Positions 10,056 to 18,932 of a stretch of DNA of 47,488 nt are shown piece by piece. The stretch comes from Chthonomonadales bacterium (GTDB taxonomy: Bacteria > Armatimonadota > Chthonomonadetes > Chthonomonadales > Chthonomonadaceae), in the NCBI GenBank assembly GCA_038217285.1, contig JBBQPO010000014.1, positions 1 through 47,488 of the forward strand, given 5' to 3'. A program made the position numbers and the translations under genes. Position 1 is the stretch's first letter. Each line of letters starts with the position of its first letter. The notes under the pieces are model-generated. The model did not search any database. It was given only the letters and a program-made list of their open reading frames with translations, and was not told the DNA's origin.

Positions 10056-10241
10056 GGATGTCGTTATCCTGAAATATCAGGCCGCCGTTCTCGTCCACCA
10101 TGAGAGCCGGGCTGCCATGTCCTCCGTCTAAGCGTATTCGGAGAAGTTTCCACCCCGTCGCAGCGTCCAACCGATCCCTGCACGGTTCCCCAGATGGGCC
10201 AACGATGCGCCCGTTCTTCAACCAGAGGAGACCAGAAGAGA

Positions 10242-11024
10242 ATGCTCAAATCGAATCGTGTGCTGGGCGGCGCGTTGCTCGCCTTCGCCCTTATCGCCGG
10301 CCCGCTTGTGGCGCGCGCCGACGACGAGAAGGCCGTTAACCTGATCGTCAAGCCCAAGATGGGCAGGGTGACACACACCAAGACCGTCATCAAAACCAGC
10401 GTGATGGGCATGGATATCGTCGTAACCGAAAGTCAGAAAGAGACCATCAAAGAGGTCAAGGAGAATGGGGACGTCGTCGAGGAGATCACCGACGAAGGAA
10501 GCACCATCAACATCGGCGGCATGGATCGCGACAACCCTGCGGCTCCGCCCGTGACGATCACACGCGACAAGTTAGGCAAGATCAAAGAGTACAAAAGTGA
10601 CAATCCGGCGGGGTTCATGACTCCGGAAGTCGCCAAACTCATGGCCATGCTCTCTTCTTCGATCCTGACCGACAAGGCTCTCAAGACCAACGACACCTGG
10701 CAGACCGAGCTGGAAAATCCCGCCGTGAAAGAGAAAAAAGTCACGGTCAAGGACACCTACCTGGGCCTGGATAAAGTGGACGGCAAAGACTACTGGAAGA
10801 TCAAGCAGACCACCGAGGCGGTCGTGGATGCCGATGGCAGCAAAATGAGCTACGACATCACGGTGTGGATCAACCCGGCGGATGGCGATACGCTCAAGGT
10901 GGAAGGCACTGTCAAAGACGTACCGACCCAGGTAGGGCCGATCACCATGACGATCGCTTCTAAAGCTGTCAAAGCGGACGACAAAGACAAGCCGGAGACA
11001 AAAAAAGAAGCGCCGAAGCCATAA
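10242..11024 (+). CDS. Exported hypothetical protein, paralog 1 of 3
   Basis: Signal peptide ending VARA-DD; AGGAG RBS; beta-rich sequence highly similar to the next two genes. Confidence 0.85.
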   Translation: MLKSNRVLGGALLAFALIAGPLVARADDEKAVNLIVKPKMGRVTHTKTVIKTSVMGMDIVVTESQKETIKEVKENGDVVEEITDEGSTINIGGMDRDNPAAPPVTITRDKLGKIKEYKSDNPAGFMTPEVAKLMAMLSSSILTDKALKTNDTWQTELENPAVKEKKVTVKDTYLGLDKVDGKDYWKIKQTTEAVVDADGSKMSYDITVWINPADGDTLKVEGTVKDVPTQVGPITMTIASKAVKADDKDKPETKKEAPKP

Positions 11025-11055
11025 GGCAGGGCAGCCGAAGTTCGAATCCGACCGT

Positions 11056-11090
11056 GCGGGCGTGTTATAGACCACGCCCGCTTTTCTTTT
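11056..11090 (+). terminator. Intrinsic terminator
   Basis: GCGGGCGTG/CACGCCCGC stem followed by TTTTCTTTT. Confidence 0.85.
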
Positions 11091-11219
11091 GAGAACGGCA
11101 CGACCGCCTCACTGTTCCGGAGGAGGTTTCAACCCGGTGCAGCGTCCAACCGATCCCTGCACGGTACCCGACTGGGCCGACAGTGTACCCGTCCTCTCTT
11201 CCAAGGAGACTACAAGAGA

Positions 11220-11990
11220 ATGCTCAAACTGTATCGTGTGGTTGGCGGCGCGTTGCTCACCTTCGCCCTTATCGCCGGGCAGGTTGTGGCGCGCGCCGAC
11301 GACGAGAAGGCCGTCAGCCTGATCGTCAAGCCCAAAGTGGGCAGGGTGACGCACAACAAGGGCGTAATCAAAACGAGCGTCATGGGCATGGATATGGTCA
11401 TCACCGGGCGTGAGAAGGAGACGGTCAAAGAGGTCAAGGAGAACGGGGATGTCGTTACAGAGACCCTCGACGAAGGCAGCACCGTCAATGTCGGTGGAAC
11501 GGAAAGCGACCAGACCCCCACGCCGCCGCGTACCAAAACGCACGACAAATTCGGCAAGTTAAAGGATTACAAGAGCCAGGACACCTCCCAGTTTACGACC
11601 CCGGAAATCGACTCCCTCCTGGAATCGCTCGTCACACTGATCCTGACCGACAAGACTGTCAAGACAAACGACACCTGGCAGACCGAACTGGAGAATCCCG
11701 CCGTGAAAGAAAAAAGAATCACGGTCAAAGGCACCTACCTCGGACTGGATAAAATAGACGGCAAAGACTACTGGAAGATCAAACAGACTGCGGAGGCTGC
11801 TGCAGACGCCCACGGAGCCACCATAGTCTATGACTTTACGCAATGGATCGACCCAACGACCGGCGAGACTTTTAAGTCCGAAGGCACGGTCAAAGGGGTG
11901 CCGACGATGGTCGGCCCCTTGACCTTTCAAGTCACTACCAAAGCCGTCAAGGCAGGCGACAAAGACAAACCGCAACCGTTAAAGCTATAA
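11220..11990 (+). CDS. Exported hypothetical protein, paralog 2 of 3
   Basis: Signal peptide; shares ADDEKAV.LIVKPK, NDTWQTELENPAVKEK and WKIKQT with paralog 1. Confidence 0.85.
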   Translation: MLKLYRVVGGALLTFALIAGQVVARADDEKAVSLIVKPKVGRVTHNKGVIKTSVMGMDMVITGREKETVKEVKENGDVVTETLDEGSTVNVGGTESDQTPTPPRTKTHDKFGKLKDYKSQDTSQFTTPEIDSLLESLVTLILTDKTVKTNDTWQTELENPAVKEKRITVKGTYLGLDKIDGKDYWKIKQTAEAAADAHGATIVYDFTQWIDPTTGETFKSEGTVKGVPTMVGPLTFQVTTKAVKAGDKDKPQPLKL

Positions 11991-12108
11991 GAGAAGAACC
12001 CCAATGTGGTGAGGCGCTGCGAAGCTGTTGCAGCGTCGTGTCTATGTCGATATGGTGCCCACAGGGCTCAATCACGCCCCTGTCTATTCGAGAGGAGACC
12101 CGATAAGA

Positions 12109-12903
12109 ATGTCCAGACTGAATCTGTTGTTATGCGGCGCTCTGTTCGCTTTCGGCCTGATTGCCGGTCCAGGGGTTCGCGCCGAGGATGAGAAGGCTGT
12201 CATTCTGATCGTCAAGCCTAAAGTGGGTCGAGTCGTGCGCACCAAGCTGTACATCAAGGTGAATATGTCGGGTATGGATATGGTCATGAATGGGGTCGAG
12301 AAAGATACTGTCAAAGAGGTACACGAGAACGGTGACGTCGTTTTTGAGATCGTCGATGAAGGCGGTATTATGAGCGCCAACGGCGCAAAAGCGCCTCTGC
12401 CGGTCGAGCTTCCCTACACAAAAACCGTCAGCAGGCTCGGTACCTCAACCCGGTCCAAGAAGTATAGCGGTGATGAGTCTATTACACCAGAAGTCGATAA
12501 ACTCCTAAATTCCATCTCCGACCTCATCGTGACCGGTATGGCCGTGAAGGCCAACGACACCTGGGATACGGAGCTGGACAATCCCATCGTAAAAGAGAAA
12601 AAAGTCACCCTCAAGTCCATATTCCTCGGCTTCGAAAAACTCAATGGCAAGGATACCTGGAAGATTAAACAGACTGCAGAGGCGGCCACGGACACGAACG
12701 GAGAACTCCTCACCTATGAGATGACGACGTGGATCGACCCGATCAACGGCGGAGATCTCAAGTCCGAAGGAGTCGTCAAGAACGTGCCAGTCAAGCTCGG
12801 GCGGATGTCCATGCAGATCAGTTCCCGGGCTATCACAGCGGACGACGATAACAGATCGGCGTCCAAAACAGGGGCTGCGAAGCTGCAAAAGAAGGACAAG
12901 TGA
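12109..12903 (+). CDS. Exported hypothetical protein, paralog 3 of 3
   Basis: Start MSRLNLL after AGGAG; shares AEDEKAVILIVKPK, NDTWDTELDNP, WKIKQT. Confidence 0.85.
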   Translation: MSRLNLLLCGALFAFGLIAGPGVRAEDEKAVILIVKPKVGRVVRTKLYIKVNMSGMDMVMNGVEKDTVKEVHENGDVVFEIVDEGGIMSANGAKAPLPVELPYTKTVSRLGTSTRSKKYSGDESITPEVDKLLNSISDLIVTGMAVKANDTWDTELDNPIVKEKKVTLKSIFLGFEKLNGKDTWKIKQTAEAATDTNGELLTYEMTTWIDPINGGDLKSEGVVKNVPVKLGRMSMQISSRAITADDDNRSASKTGAAKLQKKDK

Positions 12904-12957
12904 CGTATGGTTACGAACCTTACTCCAAGGGCATGAACCATAATGCCCATCCAGCTT

Positions 12958-12992
12958 TGCGAGACGGGTACAGCTTCTGTACCCGTCTCGCA
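12958..12992. repeat. Perfect 16-bp inverted repeat
   Basis: TGCGAGACGGGTACAG-CTT-CTGTACCCGTCTCGCA; no U-tract. Confidence 0.8.
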
Positions 12993-13045
12993 CGACACCT
13001 GAGCGCCCGTTGTTCCGCAGAGGCACGACAGAAGGACGAGACTAT

Positions 13046-15046
13046 ATGAGAACTGCATTGCGGCAGCCGTTTGCCTTTGCGCTCAGCGCGATAGGCCTCT
13101 GTTTGCTTTCCTCCACTCTCCAGGCGCAGGAAGGAGCGGCGCTGCGGGCAATGGACGCTCCGGCCGGTGCCCTCTGGGCCGATACGCTCAACCTCTCCAC
13201 CATCCAGCAGGACTACGGCAGCCCTAACGCCGGTAAATCGGTAGATGGCAATCCTATCAAGCTGCATGGCGTGGTCTATCCGCATGGTATCGGCACCCAC
13301 GCGCGCAGCGAGATGCTTATCGACCTGAAAGGCACTGCCACACGCTTCGTCGCCATGGTCGGGCTGGATGACGAGCGGGCCGTGGGCGACGGTTCAATTA
13401 CGTTCGATGTGCTGGTGGACGGTAAGAAGGTCTTCTCTTCCGGCGTGATGCGGGGCGGTATGGAGCCGAAGCTCGTCTCCGTAGACGTAACCGGCGCGAA
13501 AAAACTGCTGCTGCGGGTCGGCGACGCCGAAGACGGAATCAGCAATGATCACGCGGACTGGGCCGGCGCGATGCTGGCTCTGACGCCAGGAGCGACAGCT
13601 AAGCCGGAAGCGATGCCCGCCCCGCAGATTCCGGTGGTTCCCGCGCGTTACTTCCCGGTGAAATCCTCCACGAAACCCGCCATTCACGGCGCACGTATCG
13701 TCGGCGCGACTCCCGGTCGGCCATTCCTCTTCCAGATCCCCACCACGGGCGAGAAGCCAATGACGTTCACGGCGCAAGGTCTGCCGGACGGACTGAAACT
13801 CGATCCGCAGACCGGTATTATCGCCGGTTCCCTGGTCAAAGAGACCCACACTGTCGTAAATTTGAGCGTCCGGAACGAGCACGGTTCCGATCATCGCGCG
13901 CTTATCATCGTCGGCGGTGACCACAGACTGGCGCTGACCCCACCTATGGGCTGGAACTCCTGGAACTGCTGGGCCGGCGCGGTGGACGATACAAAAGTCC
14001 GCGCCTCCACCGATGCGATGCTCTCCAGTGGCCTGGCCGCGCACGGATTCCAGTATATCAATATCGATGATACGTGGGAGGGCAATCGTGATCCCAATGG
14101 CGAAATTCAGACCAACTCCAAATTTCCGGATATGAAGTCCCTGTCCGACTATGTACATAGCAAGGGCCTGAAACTGGGGATCTACTCCTCTCCTGGCCCC
14201 AAAACCTGCGCCGGTTTCGAAGCGAGCTACAAGCATGAGCTGCAGGATGCGCAGACCTACGGGAAATGGGGAATCGACTATCTGAAACACGACTGGTGCT
14301 CCTATACGGACGTGGCGACCGGAGATGGCCTGGACCGGTTAGAGAAGCCCTATCAGTGGATGCGCGATGCGCTCGATAAGTCGGATCGCGATATCGTGTT
14401 CAGCCTGTGTCAGTACGGGATGGGAGATGTCTGGAAATGGGGTCAGGGCATCGGAGGCAACTGCTGGCGCACGACGGGCGACATCAACGACAGTTGGAAC
14501 AGCCTGCACAGCATCTATAGCAGCCAGAACGGCCATGAGAAGTACGCAGGGCCGGGACACTGGAACGATCCCGACATGCTCGTGGTCGGCAAGGTCGGCT
14601 GGGGACCCAGTCTGCATCCGTCCCACCTCAAACCGAACGAACAGCTGCTGCATATCTCGATGTGGTGTATGCTGTCGTCGCCCCTGCTGATCGGCTGCGA
14701 TATGTCGGACATGGACGTGTTTACCATCGACCTGCTCTCCAACGACGAGGTTCTGGACGTCAACCAGGACCCGCTTGGCCGTCCGGCGGGCCGTGTGGCG
14801 ATGACAGGCGACCTGGAGGTCTGGTCGCGGCCACTCTTCGACGGCACGACAGCGGTCGCTCTGGTGAACAGCAGCCCGGAAGAGGCCGCCGTCAAGGCCG
14901 ACTGGAACGACATCGGTGTGACCGGCAGTCAGCCCGTGCGCGATCTCTGGCTGCATAAGAACGTCGGTAATTTCGACGGCAGTTACAGCGTCAACGTCCC
15001 CGCGCACGGCGTCGTCCTGCTCAAAATCGGCAAGCCGAGGAAGTAA
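13046..15046 (+). CDS. Secreted GH27 alpha-galactosidase-family glycosidase with NPCBM/NEW2 and Ig-like domains
   Basis: Signal peptide; NPCBM (GIGTHA...DHADWA); LTPPMGWNSWN, NIDDTW, DYLKHDWC, WRTTGDI, WNDPDML. Confidence 0.92.
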   Translation: MRTALRQPFAFALSAIGLCLLSSTLQAQEGAALRAMDAPAGALWADTLNLSTIQQDYGSPNAGKSVDGNPIKLHGVVYPHGIGTHARSEMLIDLKGTATRFVAMVGLDDERAVGDGSITFDVLVDGKKVFSSGVMRGGMEPKLVSVDVTGAKKLLLRVGDAEDGISNDHADWAGAMLALTPGATAKPEAMPAPQIPVVPARYFPVKSSTKPAIHGARIVGATPGRPFLFQIPTTGEKPMTFTAQGLPDGLKLDPQTGIIAGSLVKETHTVVNLSVRNEHGSDHRALIIVGGDHRLALTPPMGWNSWNCWAGAVDDTKVRASTDAMLSSGLAAHGFQYINIDDTWEGNRDPNGEIQTNSKFPDMKSLSDYVHSKGLKLGIYSSPGPKTCAGFEASYKHELQDAQTYGKWGIDYLKHDWCSYTDVATGDGLDRLEKPYQWMRDALDKSDRDIVFSLCQYGMGDVWKWGQGIGGNCWRTTGDINDSWNSLHSIYSSQNGHEKYAGPGHWNDPDMLVVGKVGWGPSLHPSHLKPNEQLLHISMWCMLSSPLLIGCDMSDMDVFTIDLLSNDEVLDVNQDPLGRPAGRVAMTGDLEVWSRPLFDGTTAVALVNSSPEEAAVKADWNDIGVTGSQPVRDLWLHKNVGNFDGSYSVNVPAHGVVLLKIGKPRK

Positions 15047-15062
15047 GGAACCGATACCCGCT

Positions 15063-15274
15063 GCCTTACCAAAGACAGGCCGCCCCTCAAGGGGCGGCCT
15101 GAGGGGAAGGTTAAGGCCCATAAATGGGCATGGGAGGGCTGGAAGCAGAACCAGGATCCTCAATAAGGGAGGCTGACAGCCTGATTTCTCCTGCGGTTGA
15201 GACGACTCACATCAGGCACAGGCCCCTTCAGGGGCCTTACAAAAGACAGGCCGCCCCTTGAGGGGCGGCCTGAG
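15063..15274. repeat. REP/REPIN-like palindromic repeat; core of the MITE family without TIRs
   Basis: Two 41-nt direct repeats (15063-15103, 15234-15274; 38/41 identical), each with the CAGGCCGCCCCT-NN-AGGGGCGGCCTG palindrome; inner inverted TAAG-GCCC..GGGC hairpins; homologous to 26435-26702 and 47322-47488. Confidence 0.85.
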
Positions 15275-15283
15275 AGCGTTCGT

Positions 15284-16042
15284 TTAGACCGCCATACCGC
15301 CGTCCACGGTGAGGCCGCTGCCAGTGAGAAAGGTCGATTCGTCGGAGGCAAGGTAGAGTGCAGCATAGGCGACATCGTCGGGTCTGCCGAGCCTTCCGAC
15401 CGGTTGTCGGGCTTCAAAACTCCGGCGCGCTTCGGCAGGGTCGGGCGCGCTGTTGATGCGGTCGGTCAGGGACGGCGTCTCGATGGTGGCCGGAGCGAGA
15501 TAGACGCAGCGGATTCCCTCGCCCGCATGGTCGAGCGCGATGGCCCGTGTGAGGCCGATTACGCCCCCTTTGGCGGCGGAGTAGACGGCACGGTTGACGA
15601 TCCCCATCATCCCCGCGACCGACGCCATATTGATCAGCACCCCCCCACCCTGTTCGCGCATGATCGGAATGGCATACTTGCAGCCCAGGAAGACACTCGT
15701 GAGCGTGGTGGCGATCTGCGCGTTCCAGTCCTCCACCGACGAATCCTCGACCCGGCCCTGCTTCACGATTCCCGCGTTGTTGAAAAGCACATCGATCCGC
15801 CCGAAGGCGGTTCGCGCCCGGTCCAGCATCTCCCGCACGGCCTCCTCCTGCGACACATCGGCCTGCACGAAGAGAGCCTTTCCTCCTGCCGCCTCGATCA
15901 TTGTGACCGTCTCCCGGCCCGTCGCCGGGTTGAGATCGGCCACGGCGACAGACGCGCCCTCTTTCGCAAAGAGCAGCGCCGTCGCGCGCCCGATCCCCAC
16001 TCCCGCCCCGGTAATCACCGCTGCCTTACCCGCTAACCGCAT
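15284..16042 (-). CDS. SDR family NAD(P)-dependent oxidoreductase
   Basis: TGAGVGIG, NNAG, YSAAK. Confidence 0.95.
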   Translation of the reverse strand: MRLAGKAAVITGAGVGIGRATALLFAKEGASVAVADLNPATGRETVTMIEAAGGKALFVQADVSQEEAVREMLDRARTAFGRIDVLFNNAGIVKQGRVEDSSVEDWNAQIATTLTSVFLGCKYAIPIMREQGGGVLINMASVAGMMGIVNRAVYSAAKGGVIGLTRAIALDHAGEGIRCVYLAPATIETPSLTDRINSAPDPAEARRSFEARQPVGRLGRPDDVAYAALYLASDESTFLTGSGLTVDGGMAV

Positions 16043-16094
16043 CGTTTTCTCCTGTTATCTCTCATGTCGAACCGATCTCTCTCTCCCCCCCTCG

Positions 16095-16955
16095 TCAGAG
16101 CGGCAGGGCATCGAGGGCGACCTGCTGCGCTGCGGTGAGCGTGGAGCCGGGGAGGCGCGCCGCCCCGAAGGCGAATCCACAGCGGCCCAGCAGATATTTC
16201 AGCGCTGGGATAGAGCCGACCTGTTTCAGCGCGGCGCGCAGGCGATCCACTTCCGACTGCAGGCTGTCGTCTCCGGCCCAGAGGGCCGCGAACTTCGCGG
16301 GCGCGACATTGGCGATCGCGGAAATAAAACCGTCTGCACCGAGCCTGCGGCCTTCGGATGCGAAGGAGTCGCTGGCGGCGAAGACGACGCCGCGCGCACC
16401 GAATCGCCGCACCAGTTCGCCGACCCGCTCGGCCTTACCGGTCGAGTCTTTCGCACCGGCGATGATCCCCTCCGCAAACAGTCGCTCCAGGCAGGCGAAC
16501 GAAACCTCGTTGGCGGCATACTGCGGGATGTTGTAGGCGAAGACTGGCAGGGAGGTCGCCGCATGCACTGCGGCGTAGTGCTGAAAGATCGCGTCGTCAC
16601 CGGCAGGATAGTAGATGGGCGATGGAAGAAAGACACCCTCCGCCCCGGCGTCCTCCGCGCCTTTGGCGAGCCGTGTCATTTCGGCGGTGCGTATCCCCCA
16701 CACGCCCGCAATGACCGGAATTCGTCCTTTAACGGCCTGTACTGTCGCCGCGATTAGACGGCTCTTCTCTGCCTCCGTCAAGTAGAGAAACTCTCCGGTC
16801 GTCCCGGCCGGACAGAGGCCCTCGGCCCCGTTCTCCGCCAGCCACTGAGCGTGCGCCGCCGCCACGCCCACATCCAACGCGTCCGCGGTGTCGAACGGCG
16901 TCAGCGTAGCCACATAGCAGCCCCGAAATCGTTCTTTCGCGATGTTGCCCGTCAT
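16095..16955 (-). CDS. Dihydrodipicolinate synthase family aldolase/dehydratase
   Basis: TLTPF, GTTGEF, YNIP, GAKDS (Schiff-base Lys). Confidence 0.92.
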   Translation of the reverse strand: MTGNIAKERFRGCYVATLTPFDTADALDVGVAAAHAQWLAENGAEGLCPAGTTGEFLYLTEAEKSRLIAATVQAVKGRIPVIAGVWGIRTAEMTRLAKGAEDAGAEGVFLPSPIYYPAGDDAIFQHYAAVHAATSLPVFAYNIPQYAANEVSFACLERLFAEGIIAGAKDSTGKAERVGELVRRFGARGVVFAASDSFASEGRRLGADGFISAIANVAPAKFAALWAGDDSLQSEVDRLRAALKQVGSIPALKYLLGRCGFAFGAARLPGSTLTAAQQVALDALPL

Positions 16956-17166
16956 GCCCTATCTCCCCTTGCCCGCCGTCTGGTCTGTTTCGCCCGCCTG
17001 TCTGCCGCTGCCTATATGCGAGGAACGCTTTCAGTATATCCCCAACCGGAAAGTGTGTCAAATTCCCGTTCCGCCATCGCGGGCAGGAGTCGGGACGGTT
17101 TGTGTGTAACAGGGAGATGAATCCGATTCTGGCAGACGGCTAATTTTGCGATCAGGAGAACTCTGT

Positions 17167-18570
17167 ATGACGGCGGTAGACCCCAAAGTCTTTCGAACTT
17201 ACGATATTCGCGCGCTCGTTCCCGAACTGGTGGATGCCAGCAGCATCTACTTCGGCAAAGTGGGCGACGCAGAGACGTATCAGGCCCCGCTGACGCCCGA
17301 CGGAGTCGAGCAGATCGGACGCGGACTGGCCGATCTCTTTGGGGAGGCGACCGTTGTCATCGGATATGATGCGCGTCTCTCCAGCCCTGCATGGGCCGCC
17401 GCTCTGGCACGAGGCATGAACACCCAGGGCGTGGATGTCATCGATATCGGACTCTCCACCACCGACATGGTCTACTATGCCAGCGGAAAATGGCAACTGC
17501 CGGGCATCATCATCACGGCCTCCCACTGCACGAAAGAGCTCAACGGGATGAAGATGGTCCGGGCAGGAGCGCATGTCATCGGCATGGGGTCCGGGATGGA
17601 GGATCTGCGGGACCTCGTCGGCAGCGGCAAGTTCAAAACGGCGCATACGCTAGGCGCCGTTACGCAACGTGACATCCTGAACGAGTACATCGACCATCTG
17701 ATGCAGTTCGTCGAAGTCGATAAGATCAAGCCGTTCCGTATCCTCGCCGATGCTGGCAACGGAGTCGGCGGGCTGCCCGCGCGCGCGCTTTTCGCGCGCA
17801 TGCCGCAGCTCACGATAACAGAAATGTTCTTCGAGCCCGACGGCCGCTTTCCCAACCATCCCTCCAACCCGTTCGAGCGGGAGAACATCGAAGAGATCAT
17901 CCGGCGCGTACCTGCGGAAGGGGCGGACTTCGGGGTGGCGTGGGATGGCGACGCCGACCGCGTCTTCTTCCTCGATGAGACGGGCGAACCCGTACCCGGC
18001 GACTTCGTGACGACGCTGGTCGCGCGCCACTTTCTAAAACGCGACCCCGGCGCAGGGATCGTCTACGATCTGCGCGCCTCGCGGGCCGTGAACGACTGGG
18101 TAACGCGGCTTGGCGGCAGGCCGATCGCCGAGCGCGTCGGCCACTCTTATATCAAGCGCACGATGCGCGCCGAAAACGCGGTCTTTGGCGGCGAAGTCTC
18201 CGGCCACTACTACTTCCGCGATCACTACTATGCCGACAACGGCTATATTCCCCTGCTCTCGATCCTGCAGATGCTTTCCGAAGAGAATGTAAAACTCAGT
18301 GAACTGGTCGCAGGACTGGGACAGTACTATATCTCCGGAGAGATCAACTCGACCGTCGCGGACACCCAGGCCACCATGGAGCGTGTCAAAGCGACATACG
18401 CCGACGGGCAGCAGGACTTCCGGGACGGCATTACGGTGGAATATCCCGACTGGCATTTCAACGTCCGCCCCTCCGCCAACGATCCGGTCGTGCGTTTGAA
18501 CCTCGAAGCCGCCTCTCAGGCCGATATGGAGCATAAGCGCGACGAACTTCTGGCCCTCATTCGGCAGTAG
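17167..18570 (+). CDS. manB: Phosphomannomutase/phosphoglucomutase
   Basis: FRTYDIR, ITASH, DGDADR, GGEVSGHYYF, NVRPS. Confidence 0.9.
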   Translation: MTAVDPKVFRTYDIRALVPELVDASSIYFGKVGDAETYQAPLTPDGVEQIGRGLADLFGEATVVIGYDARLSSPAWAAALARGMNTQGVDVIDIGLSTTDMVYYASGKWQLPGIIITASHCTKELNGMKMVRAGAHVIGMGSGMEDLRDLVGSGKFKTAHTLGAVTQRDILNEYIDHLMQFVEVDKIKPFRILADAGNGVGGLPARALFARMPQLTITEMFFEPDGRFPNHPSNPFERENIEEIIRRVPAEGADFGVAWDGDADRVFFLDETGEPVPGDFVTTLVARHFLKRDPGAGIVYDLRASRAVNDWVTRLGGRPIAERVGHSYIKRTMRAENAVFGGEVSGHYYFRDHYYADNGYIPLLSILQMLSEENVKLSELVAGLGQYYISGEINSTVADTQATMERVKATYADGQQDFRDGITVEYPDWHFNVRPSANDPVVRLNLEAASQADMEHKRDELLALIRQ

Positions 18571-18657
18571 AAGCACCTGATCCCACCTCTCGTTGCGTAC
18601 CGGCAGGACGGTTCCGATGGCACGGAATAGCGCCGTGATCCTACCTCACGCAGGCGC

Positions 18658-18903
18658 TTATTCCTGATGGTAGTTGGTACCGTGCGCCTGATTGCCGGAA
18701 CGCAGGATCTGCCATTTCCGAAGCTGATACAAGATGACAGGCACGACAATCAGCGCGACGAGCATGAACCATGCCCACGACTGAATCGTTTTGTCATGGG
18801 CGTTCATCGGCTGCACCTTTTCATGTTCGTCCTGGGCGTAGGCCAGCAGAGGCAGCAGGATGGCTCCCGCTGTGACTACCAGGGTCCGGATATGCTGTTT
18901 CAA
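18658..18903 (-). CDS. Small membrane protein (signal peptide + one TM)
   Basis: TTG start after AAGGAG; signal peptide ending AYA; TM WAWFMLVALIVVPVILY. Confidence 0.7.
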   Translation of the reverse strand: MKQHIRTLVVTAGAILLPLLAYAQDEHEKVQPMNAHDKTIQSWAWFMLVALIVVPVILYQLRKWQILRSGNQAHGTNYHQE

Positions 18904-18932
18904 GGTTCCACTCCTTTTTGAGCCGCGAAGGG

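Noticed and set aside
11040-11049. GTTCGAATCC, resembling a tRNA T-loop or att-site fragment
   Set aside because: The flanks do not form a T-stem and do not match the 3' end of the tRNA-Ser in this window.
15063-15274. Direct repeats as a possible CRISPR array
   Set aside because: Only two repeats, separated by ~130 nt, with no cas genes; the interior matches dispersed repeats.
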